Assembly: GCF_035084215.1 (NCBI RefSeq)
Contig: NW_027139264.1
Coordinates: forward strand, 1-64,000
Direction: 5' to 3'
Length of the DNA: 64,000 nt
Source: Heptranchias perlo
Lineage: Eukaryota
Within the stretch, counting starts at the first letter, position 1, and each line of letters starts with the position of its first letter. The notes below the pieces were generated by a model, which was not told the origin of the DNA, did not search any database, and was given only the letters and a program-made list of their open reading frames with translations. Both the position numbers and the translations under genes were made by a program. Below are positions 39,300 to 49,234 of this stretch, in pieces.

Positions 39300-40650
39300 G
39301 GGGGGGCCTCAGGGTCTTTCCCTGTGTCTCGGGGGGGCCGCGAGGTACTTCCTGGAACTCTGGGTCCTTCCCCGATTCTCGGGAGGGCCGCAGGGCTTTT
39401 CCCCGTGTCTTGGGGGCCCACAGGGTCCTTCCCCATGCCTCTGGGTCATTCCCCGTGCCTCTGGGTCATTCCCTGTGCCTCTGGGTCATTCCCTGTGCCT
39501 CTGGGTCCTTCCCCGTGCCTCTGGGTCCTTCCCCATTCCTCTGCATTCTTCCCCATGCCTCTGGGTCATTCCCTGTGCCTCTGGATCATTCCCCGTTCCT
39601 CTGCATCCTTCCCTGTGCCTCTGGGTCATTCCCTGTGCCTCTGGATCATTCCCTGTGCCTCTGGATCATTCCCTGTGCCTCTGGGTCCTTCCCCGTGCCT
39701 CTGGATCATTCCCTGTGCCTCTGCATCCTTCCCTCTGCCTCTGGGTCCTTCCCTGTGCCTCTGGATCATTCCTCGTGCCTCTGCATCCTTCCCTGTGCCT
39801 CTGGGTCCTTCCCCGTGCCTCTGGATCATTCCCCATGCCTCTGCATCCTTCCCCGTGCCTCTGGGTCCTTCCCTGTGCCTCTGGATCATTCCTCGTGCCT
39901 CTGCATCCTTCCCTGTGCCTCTGGGTCATTCCCCGTGCCTCTGCGTCCTTCCCTGTGCCTCTGGGTCATTCCCCGTGCCTCTGGGTCATTCCCCTTGCCT
40001 CTGGGTCCTTCCCTGTGCCTCTGGGTCATTCCCCGTGCCTCTGGATCATTCCCCGTTCCTCTACATCCTTCCTCATGTCTCTGCATCCTTCCCTGTGCCT
40101 CTGGGTCATTCCCTGTGCCTCTGGATCATTCCCTGTGCCTCTGGGTCATTCCCCGTGCCTCTGGGTCCTTCCCCGTGCCTCTGGGTCCTTCCCTGTGCCT
40201 CTGGATCATTCCTCGTACCTCTGCATCCTTCCCTGTGCCTCTGGATCCTTCCCCGTGCCTCTGGGTCCTTCCCCGTGCCTCTGGGTCATTCCCTGTGCCT
40301 CTGCATCATTCCCCGTGTCTCAGGGTCCTTCCCCGTGCCTCTGGATCATTCCCCGTTCCTCTGCATCCTTCCCTGTGCCTCTGGGTCCTTCCCTGTGTCT
40401 CAGGGTCATTCCCTGTGCCTCTGCATCCTTCCCCGTGCCTCTGGGTCATTGCTGTGCCTCAGGGTCCTTCCTTGTGTCTCTGCGTCCTTCCCCACTTCTC
40501 TGGATCCTCCCATGTGACTCTAGGTCATTCCCTGTGACTCGAGGTCATTCCCTGTGACTCGAGGTCATTCCCTGTGCCTCAAGGTCATTCCCTGTGCCTC
40601 AAGGTCATTCCCTGTGCCGCAGGGTCCTTCCCCGTGTCTCTGCATCCTTC
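39300..40650. repeat. 20-bp minisatellite (CTCTGGGTCATTCCCTGTGC), ~60 regular units plus degenerate flanks, in intron 4
   Basis: Strict 20-bp periodicity visible at 39421-40450. Confidence 0.95.
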
Positions 40651-41090
40651 GGGGGAGCGCTGCACTGTCAAAGGGGCAGTACTGAGGGAGTGCGGTACTG
40701 TCGGAGGGTCAGTACTGAGGGAGAGCTGCACTGTCGGAGGGTCAGTACTGAGGGAGTGCTGCACTGTGGGAGGTGCCATCTTTCAGATGAGATGTTAAGT
40801 CAAGGCCCCAACTGCCATCTCAGGTGGAGGTAAAACATCCCATGACATTATTTCGAGGATGAGCAGGAGAGTTATCCCCAGTGTCCTGGCCAATATTTAT
40901 CCCTCAATAAACATGAAAATAAAAAAAGTGATCTGATCATTATCACATTGCTGGTCGTGGGATCTTGCTGTGCGCAAATTGGCTGCCGGGTTTTCCACAT
41001 CACAACAGTGACTACACTTCAAAATAGTTTAATTGGCTGTAAAGTGCTTTGAGACATCCTGAGCTCATGAAAGGTGTTATATAAATGCAC
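40651..41090 (+). mobile_element. Deu-domain SINE (SacSINE1-like) with ~3 copies of the 33-bp segment
   Basis: cagtactgagggagtgctgcactgtgggaggtgccatctttcagatgagatgttaa...gtgtcctggccaatatttatccctcaa followed by an L2-like tail. Confidence 0.8.
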
Positions 41091-41284
41091 CTCTTCCTTT
41101 TCTCTTTCAATAGCACATGCCCACCTTTCACGGTGTTACACTGAGCAAAATCCCCTTCAATTTACCCAATAGCACAATTGGTAAATGACCTGCCCAATGT
41201 GGAACAAAGACGGACAGACCAGAGGGTCCCAGATTTAACCCCTGGCCTCTGCTGAGTGGGAGGATTTCAATTGGAGAGACTGCC

Positions 41285-42300
41285 CTTTCCCCATAGCCCT
41301 GACTCAATTCCAAACGAATCCCACTGCCCCACTCTCTCCCCATAGCCCTGTATCAATCCCAAACTAATCCCACTGCCCCACTCTCTCCCCATAGCCGTGT
41401 AACAATCCCAAACTAATCCCACTGCCCCGCGCCCTCCCCATAGCCCTGTATCAATCCCAAACTAATCCCACTGCCCCACTCTCTCCCCATCGCCCGGTAT
41501 CAATCCCAAACTAATCCCACTGCCCCACTCTCTCCACATAGCCCTGTATCAATCCCAAACTAATCCCACTGCCTCACTCTCTCCCCAGAGCCCTGTATCA
41601 ATCCCAAACTAATCCCACTGCCCCACTCTCTCCACACAGCCCTGTATCAATCCCAAACTAATCCCACTGCCCTACTCTCTCCCCATAGCCCTGCATCAAT
41701 CCCAAACTAATCCCACTGCCCCACTCTCTCCCCATCGCCCTGTATCAATGCAAAACTAATCCCACTGCCCCACTCTCTCCCCATAGCCCTGTATCAATCC
41801 TAAACTAATCCCACTGCCTCACTCTCTCCCCATAGCCCTGCAGCAATCCCAAACTAATCCCACTGCCCCAATCTCACCATAGCCCTGTATCAATCCCAAA
41901 CTAATCCCACTGCCCCACTCTCTCCCCATTGCTCTGTATCAATCCCAAACTAATCCCACTGCCCCACACTCTCCCCATAGCCCTGTATCAATCCAAAACT
42001 AATCCCACTGTCCCACTCTCTCCCCATAGCCCCGTATCAATCCCAAACTAATCCACTGTCCCACTCTCTCCCCATAGCTCTGCATCAATCCCAAACTAAT
42101 CCACTGTCCCGCTCTCTCCCCATAGCCCTGTATCAATCCCAAACTAATCCCACTGCCCCACTCTCTCCCCATAGCCCTGTATCAATCCCAAACTAATCCC
42201 ACTGCCCCACTCTCTCCCCATAGCCCTGTATCAATCCCAAACTAATCCCACTGCCCCACTCTCTCCCCACAGTCCTGTATCAATCCCAAACTAACCTCAC
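41285..42300. repeat. 49-bp minisatellite (~20 units) derived from a CR1 3' end; CR1 remnant continues to ~42430
   Basis: Unit CCCCATAGCCCTGTATCAATCCCAAACTAATCCCACTGCCCCACTCTCT reads QGYGERVGQWD* on the minus strand, the CR1 ORF2 terminus. Confidence 0.9.
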
Positions 42301-42776
42301 TGCCCTGTATCTCCCTGAGCTTCGAATGTTTAGCCACCCTTCCCTTAAAACATACAATGGTCTCTGTCTCAACCACTCCCTGTGGCCAAACATTGCAATG
42401 TGCAACCATCATCTGTGTAAAGAAATGGCCAATAGTTTCCCCTCCTTGGCATTGCACTGTTATTTTACAGTGTGTAATTCTGCAGCCTCTATCCCTGATA
42501 TCAGATGGTTCGTGTGTTGATTTAATCTGCTGACTACAGAATTGCACTTTAAACTCTGTAACGAGTCAGGAACTGCCCTGTTTCTGAGATTAATGAATGG
42601 TAACTAGTTGTATTCTGCTTATTATTTGTAATGGAGCCAGTTAGGCATGTTTCAATCCATTTTAAATTGTTCATTACCCTATCAGACATGTACTGTACCA
42701 GTGTGCAGCTTAATGAAGCACCTAATGAAATCATTAGGAAATAATTATTGATCAACATCATTTTAAAATTCAATAG

Positions 42777-42967
42777 AGAGGGCGACAGAAGGAGGCACGA
42801 ATGTCGGGATTGGGACTGGAGCAGCAGCCGTCTCACTCACTCTTCTTGGCATCATCGTCGGAATTGGCTTCTGGAGCAAGAGGCAAAACAGGAGAGACCA
42901 GCAGAGCCCATCAGAGACCAGCAAAGCCCATCAGAGACCAGTAGAAACTGGCAGAGTCCTGCCGTGA
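42777..42967 (+). CDS. MHC class I-like gene, exon 5 (connecting peptide, transmembrane segment, cytoplasmic tail and stop)
   Basis: caatAG acceptor, phase 1. Reads (E)RATEGGTNVGIGTGAAAVSLTLLGIIVGIGFWSKRQNRRDQQSPSETSKAHQRPVETGRVLP*: a hydrophobic stretch followed by basic stop-transfer residues. Not in the ORF track frame. Confidence 0.85.
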
Positions 42968-43140
42968 TGAGCAGAGACCGGCAGAGTCCTGCAGTGACCG
43001 GCAGAGACCAGTAAGACCAGCAGAGTTCTGCAGTGACCAGCAGAGAATATCAGAGACCAGAAGGGACTGGCAGAGACCAGCAGAAAGCGACAGAGTCCAG
43101 CAGAGACAGACAATGTCAGAGACGAGCAGAGAACAGCAGG
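42890..43140 (+). repeat. Degenerate 10/20-bp minisatellite (CAGAGACCAG-based) overlapping the cytoplasmic tail and 3'UTR
   Basis: gagaccagcagagcccat cagagaccagcaaagcccat cagagaccagtagaaactgg cagagtcctg... Confidence 0.75.
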
Positions 43141-43297
43141 TTCCTCACCTGCTGACCAACAAGATCCATTTTCAGTAGTTAATTCCACGAACGATATATT
43201 TTCTTCCATTCTCCTCCCATATTCTCCTGAAGTTGCAAACTCTTAAATGGTGTACGTGCCAGGACCACCCAGAATATCACCTGTGCTCCATCTTCAG

Positions 43298-43690
43298 ATG
43301 TTTGATGGGACAGTGTAGAGGGAGCTTTACTCTGTATCTAATCCATGCTGCACCTGCCCTGGGAGTGTTTGATGGGACAGTGTAGAGGGAGATTTACTCT
43401 GTATCTAACCCATGCTGTACCTGCCCTGGGAGTGTTTGATGGGACAGTGTAGAGGGAGATTTACTCTGTATCTAACCCATGCTGTACCTGCCCTGGGAGT
43501 GTTTGATGGGACAGTGTAGAGGGAGCTTTACTCTGTATCTAACCCGTGCTGTACCTGCCCTGGGAGTGTTTGATGGGACAGTGTAGAGGGAGCTTTACCC
43601 TGTATCTAACCCATGCTGTACCTGCCCTGGGAGTGTTTGATGGGACAGTGTAGAGGGAGATTCACTCTATCTAGCCCATGGTGTACCTGG
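43298..43690. repeat. 67-bp tandem repeat (~6 copies)
   Basis: Unit GGGAGTGTTTGATGGGACAGTGTAGAGGGAGCTTTACTCTGTATCTAACCCATGCTGTACCTGCCCT. Confidence 0.92.
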
Positions 43691-43919
43691 CCATACCCAT
43701 GTTTCTACCAGCTGTGGTTTGTCCTATACAGCAAAAGTTCCCACAACCCACACCCACACACCAGAGGCAAGTATTCCGCTAGATGTCAACCCAGAATTCA
43801 GTGTGAGTCTCCACTCGCTGGGACTGGGGCTCAAACCCTGCCCTTTCTGACTCAGGGGCAAGAATTCTACAGTTAAGCCAAAGGTTCGCTCCCACCGAGA
43901 GGGGACAATTGGATTGAAA

Positions 43920-45075
43920 GAAAGTACTTGCATTTATATAGCGCCTTTCACGACCATAGGTCGTCCCAAACCTTTACAGCCAATGAAGTACTTTTGAAGT
44001 GTAGTCACTGTTGTCATGTAGTAAACATGGCAGCCGATTTACACTCAGCAAGATCCCACAAACAGCAACGTGATAATGAGCAGATCATCTGTTTTTCAGT
44101 GATGTTGGTTGAGGGATAAATATTGGCCAGGACACCAGGGAGAACTCCCCTGCTCTTCTTCGAAATAGTGCTATGGGATCTTTTACGTCTGCCAGAGAGG
44201 TTAGACAGGGCCTCGGTTTAACATCTCATCCGAAAGATGGCACCCCGTCAGTGCAGCACTCCCTCAGTACTGTCCCTGAGATAGTACAGCACTCCCTCAG
44301 TACTGACCCTCTGACAGTGCAGCACTCCCTCAGTACTGCCCCTCCGACAGTGCAGCGCTCCCTCAGTACTGACCCTCCGACAGTGCAGCGCTCCCTCAGT
44401 ACTGACCGTCCGACAGTGCAGCACTCTCTCAGTACTGACCGTCCGACAGTGCAGCACTCTCTCAGTACTGCCCTCCGACTGTGCAGCACTCCCTCAGTAC
44501 TGCCCTCCGACTGTGCAGCACTCTCTCAGTACTGCCCCTCCGACTGTGCAGCACTCTCTCAGTACTGCCCCTCCGACTGTGCAGCACTCTCTCAGTACTG
44601 CCCCTCCGACAGTGCAGCGCTCCCTCAGTCCTGACCGTCCGACAGTGCAGCACTCTCTCAGTACTGCCCCTCTGACTGTGCAGCACTCCCTCAGTACTGT
44701 CCCTCCGACAGCGCAGTGCTCCCTCAGTACTGCCCTCCGACTGTGCAGCACTCCCTCAGTACTGCCCCTCTGACAGTGCAGCACTCCCTCAGTACTGCCC
44801 CTCCGACAGCGCATCACTCCCTCAGTACTGCCCCTCCGACAACGCAGCGCTCCCTCAGTACTGCCCCTCTGACAGTGCAGCACTCCCTCAGTACTGCCCC
44901 TCCGACTGTGCAGCACTCCCTCAGTACTGTCCCTCCGAGAGTGCAGAGCTCCCTCACTACTGCACTCGGTGTGTCAGGCTAGATTTTGTGCTCAAGTCTC
45001 TGAAGTGGGACTTGATCCCATGACCTTGTGACTGAGAGAGGGGAGTGCTACCCACTGAGCCATAGCTGACACCGT
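43920..45075 (-). mobile_element. Near-full-length Deu-domain SINE with the 33-bp segment amplified ~21 times (44245-44960)
   Basis: tRNA-like head on the minus strand (TGGCTCAGTGGG A box, GGATCAAGTCC B box at ~45065-45005), Deu core at ~44100-44245, L2-type tail at ~43925-43960. Confidence 0.85.
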
Positions 45076-46527
45076 TGGGTGGTGGTCGAGTCCCCACCAC
45101 TTATAATAGACGGGTTCGTGCGAGGGGGATTCACCTGCTATTCGCGGTGGACGATGTGACCTGATGGCCGAGCCCCTGGAGGTGGTGGGAAGCATGGCGA
45201 GGGTTTGTGCTGTATCCTCACACTGATCAGGGTCAGGCCTCTTGAAACCTGTTGGTATTTTCGAGATATATTTTGTAAACTCACTTCACTCAAGTTTAGA
45301 TTTAAACACTGGCGACAGCATCAATTTTTGGTTTGTGATTGGCCGTTGCCATGCTGTGAGTGTGACCCTTTACTCTACTCTCGCCATTGCAGCCGGGGTG
45401 GGTTTCCTGGTGAAGTTTCGAAAGTAGCCGATTAATGTAAGATTCATTACTCGTGATGAGAGTTTACTCTGCGTATCTACTGCTCCGAGTGGGGACACGG
45501 GGAGCGTTCTGCTAAAGAGGTTCTGGAGTTCGGGCTGAAACACGCAGCGGTCCTGGCCAGTTTCACCTCCGGCCCACTCCACCACCACAGCAGGTAAATA
45601 TTTGTGAGAAGTAATCGCAGGAGTTATAGCGGCCATGGAGGGGGGCGGGATGGGGGGGTGACAGATGGCAGCAGGGGCTGCCTGGAAGGAATTAATGACA
45701 GGTGATCGCCCTTTACAGATGTGCGAACAGCTGCTTGAACTGCCCGAAATGGTCGGCCCACTTAATACGGTTTAAGTGGGCACCTTATTACTGATGCTTA
45801 TGGTGATGGGAGATGGTTACAGAGGCCGAGTGTGAAAAGGCTTAACGATAACCCCATACTGGATATCACCTCGTGTACAGTCAACTTTCTGGAAGTGCGA
45901 GCTGATAACGGGCACGGAGAGGGCAACGGGGAATCTGGGACCTCAGTGACTGTCGAGACCAAAAGTCCATCTCCTTAACCATTGAGATTTAAGGATTGAG
46001 AAAGAATCAGAGGAACGACAGAGTGAATTAGTGTCAAATCAGGTACTGAAAGAGAAATAAAGAGGGAAGAAAAGATTGGATTAAAAAGAGACAGAAAGGA
46101 AAAGTAAGGAAAAAGAAGTTAAATTTTAAATTTTAAAAATCTCTAAGAAGAATTTACTACCTGCCGGGTGAGATTCACTTGTTTAAATCGTCCCCTTTCT
46201 GGGCAGGAGAGATTGATTGGCATCAACAATTCTCACATTGTTAAGAGGGTATTTACGATGTTAAGTTCCAGCCCTGACTTTGAGGCGAGTTTAACGGGCG
46301 ATTAATGTGCAAATCCAGCAAGTTCTTAAAAATAACGGAGGTTGAGGTCGTGAGAAGCAAATGGCGGAACGGCGTAAATCGACCAGCAAATTCCGGAGAT
46401 TTGCATCTCACGGTGTGTCTCTTAATCCCCTGACCTTGCTGGCCGATTTGTGCATTAATAACGACGTGTGTCGTGAGCCCCCCGTTACCTCTCCAGGAGA
46501 ATTCGGCCCCGTTAACTCATTACAGTT

Positions 46528-47057
46528 TCAAATGACGCCGTTTAAAAGAGGTTCCGTGTTTCTCCTACTTTTGTTCAACCAAGGATTAAAGAAAGGGAAC
46601 AGTTTGTCTTTGAACGTGTGAGTGAAAAAGTGCAGAGATGGAACATGTCATCAGCATTGTAAAAGGACACCTGTCCTCCCTCATAGACCCTGATCTTCCT
46701 GGGCTTGGTTGTTAGTTTGAGGACAGTGGAGGGTGAGGTCAGAGCCCCTTCGATGTGCTCGTACCTCTGACAGATGGTCCACTACCCATCGAGGGTCAGC
46801 GTGATCTGCCCCTTCCTGTTGGCCGTCTCCTGGGCCAGTCCCAAGTCCCAGTCGGTCTTGTTGGCCGCCTCCATCTCCCAGTAGTGATTCCCTGAGGTGA
46901 ATCCCTGGCTGCTCAGAACGCAGGTGCACTGCTCATACCCCTGGCAGACGTTGTTTAGGTTATTGGCTCAGATCATTGGCGTCCACCATGGTCAGGTCCT
47001 CAGGTACTACAAGCCTGGACTGCCCGGTTCTGGGATCGAGAGTGATCAGAGCCAGCA
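46528..47057 (-). pseudogene. B30.2 (PRY-SPRY) terminal exon of a TRIM/butyrophilin-type gene, disabled
   Basis: Acceptor AG at 47059-47058. Reads ITLDPRTGQSRLVVPEDLT / frameshift / CVLSSQGFTSGNHYWEMEAANKTDWDLGLAQETANRKG...DG*WTI (TAG at 46784-46782)...PRKIRVY[LDY missing][19 protein letters not shown] / frameshift / [10 protein letters not shown]. Confidence 0.92.
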
Positions 47058-47849
47058 CTTTTAATAATAGACAGGGAGAACGTTATAAACATTCGACAAT
47101 TATAACTGGAACATGAAAATACTGAAATCCAAGGTGATATATCGAGAAGGTGTTATCGGCTTTGCATACAGTACACAATTCCTTCTGGGGACACGTTCCC
47201 CCCTCATATCTTGCCGATAACACCCCTCTTTACGAAACAGTATATCCTCTGACTCGCCCCCTCCACAATCCCGCAGGGGAATCGTTCACCTTTATCAACA
47301 TTTCCCCTTCTCTTGATACAGGGGTATTGATACCTTGCTCTGATCTGATTCCAATGGAGCCCTAGTACCTTCAGAATCTTACCCACATGGCCGACCTTCA
47401 GATATCAACCTGCACGGGGACTGCTGGCAAGCTATTATTCGACTGTGGAAGGCATCACAGCTCAGCCTGACCTGGGCCCCACCGGATTCCCACACGGGCG
47501 AGGGATCAGGACCAGGAACCGTAGCTCAGAGTCTGACTCACCCCCAGCCCAGGGAGAGCCGAGAATGATTGGTGCTCAGGTCAGCTAACTTGGCCCAGGC
47601 TAGAAATGCCACAGGAGATAGAGGATCCATAAAGAAAATCACATCAATTGGGGAATATTTTCCTCTGTGCGTAAAGTTACAGAAAGATTCTTCTATTACT
47701 AAACTGGGGAGGTTTATAAGAAAATCTGTCTTTCACCTGAGTTCAAATACAACCCAGATGAAAGGTCGATAAAGGTTTCATGTGAGGAGAGTTTAGGGCC
47801 GTCTCAAGCAATTCTTGTTATTTGTGGGTCCATAGGGGATAGGAATTAA

Positions 47850-48470
47850 TTGGGGAGTGGGCCTCAGTCGGGTTAGAGTGGGGAGTGGGATTCAGTCGGG
47901 TCTGAGTGGGGAGTGGGATTCAGTCGGGTCTGAATGGGGAGTGGGATTCAGTCGGGTCAGAGTGGGGAGTGGGCCTCAGTCGGGTTAGAGTGGGGAGTGG
48001 GATTCAGTCGGGTCAGAGTGGGGAGTGGGGCTCAGTCGGGTCAGAGTGGGGAGTGGGCCTCAGTCGGGTCAGAGTGGGGAGTGGGCCTCAGTCGGGTTAG
48101 AGTGGGGAGTGGGATTCAGTCGGGTCAGAGTGGGGAGTGGGGCTCAGTCGGGTCAGAGTGGGGAGTGGGCCTCAGTCGGGTCAGAGTGGGGAGTGGGATT
48201 CAGTCGGGTCAGAGTGGGGAGTGGGATTCAGTCGGGTCAGAGTGGGGAGTGGGGCTCAGTCGGGTCAGAGTGGGGAGTGGGACTCAGTCGGGTCAGAGTG
48301 GGGAGTGGGACTCAGTCGGGTCAGAGTGGGGAGTGGGACTCAGTCGGGTCAGAGTGGGGAGTGGGACTCAGTCGGGTCAGAGTGGGGAGTGGGACTCAGT
48401 CGGGTCAGAGTGGAGAGTGGGACTCAGTCGGGTCAGAGTGGGGAGTGGGACTCAGTCGGGTCAGAGTGGG
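47850..48470. repeat. 28-bp G-rich minisatellite (~22 units)
   Basis: Unit GTGGGGAGTGGGACTCAGTCGGGTCAGA. Confidence 0.95.
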
Positions 48471-48884
48471 AGACTTGTTTTTATGTTCACTGTAATGACC
48501 TCACGTATTAGATACACATTGAATGAATGATTTCACTTCATCCTTAAAGGAGATCATGTCCGGCTTTATAATAAAAATACAAATGAGTCTCCGTGTGCAG
48601 AGTTTATCGAAGTTTGATCCTTGTGCATGTCTCTCCAGTTGGTTGCGGCATTGAAGGGGGGTGGGGGCGGTGGTATTTTCGGAGTCCCTGCTCCAGCGAT
48701 GGGACCTCACCCCCAGAGGGCAGTTTATCAGTAAATAGTCGGCCCACTGCCCGTGATTTTCCATTCGTTAATGGCAATGGACCAAGAATTGTGGACACCT
48801 CCGATGATCCACACGCTGTGTGCAAGGCTCTGCCAGTGGCCCAGGGCCCCGATAATCTCAGCTCAACAGGTCTACGTTCCTTCA

Positions 48885-49010
48885 GAGCGTTGGGTAGCTC
48901 AGCTGGTCGAGAGCTGGACGAAGGGGTTAAGGGTCCCAGGTTTGAATCCCAACAACGTCCACTCAGCCTTTCAACTGTCTGAGGTTCATGAAGTGAATAC
49001 CATATTGCAG
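48885..49010 (+). mobile_element. tRNA-derived SINE remnant
   Basis: A box TAGCTCAGCTGG at 48895-48906 and B box GGTTTGAATCC at 48939-48949; no intact cloverleaf and a non-tRNA body follows. Confidence 0.55.
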
Positions 49011-49234
49011 GGCGTAGGGAGAAATCCAGAGACTGCTCGCAGTCCTTCCCATTGCTAATGGAGCTGCCCCAGACGGCCCTGACTCCTCAGTAATAGGTAT
49101 GGGGATGACCAGCTGATTAAAACAGACCAAGGATGGAACCTGCAATCTTCCTCTGGGGCTCAACCACCTATTTCATAAACTCACTGTGTCATCAGAACAG
49201 CTACAGACAACAGAGATAACATCAAACCTCACAT

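Noticed and set aside
38877-40557. 546/449/416-aa ORFs as a stand-alone gene
   Set aside because: Only 39010-39282 is a real exon with splice sites; the rest is a 20-bp minisatellite open in all three frames.
31341-42967. MHC class II, W-category, or classical UAA assignment
   Set aside because: Three extracellular domain exons on one chain is class I architecture, and the loss of Y7, Y59, R84, T143 and Y159 argues against classical UAA. No gene symbol is given because the lineage cannot be fixed without a phylogeny.
42748-43014. 88-aa ORF (MINIILKF...) as the terminal exon frame
   Set aside because: Wrong frame: phase-1 splicing from alpha3 at the AG at 42775-42776 gives the hydrophobic TM frame instead.
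47330-47410. Small minus-strand linker exon upstream of the B30.2 exon (cag|GTTGATATC...TGG|gtaag)
   Set aside because: Splice-like sites exist but the peptide is unrecognisable and too short to support.
48885-48960. Functional tRNA gene
   Set aside because: A and B boxes are present but I see no convincing acceptor or anticodon stems and no poly-T terminator; a SINE head fits better.
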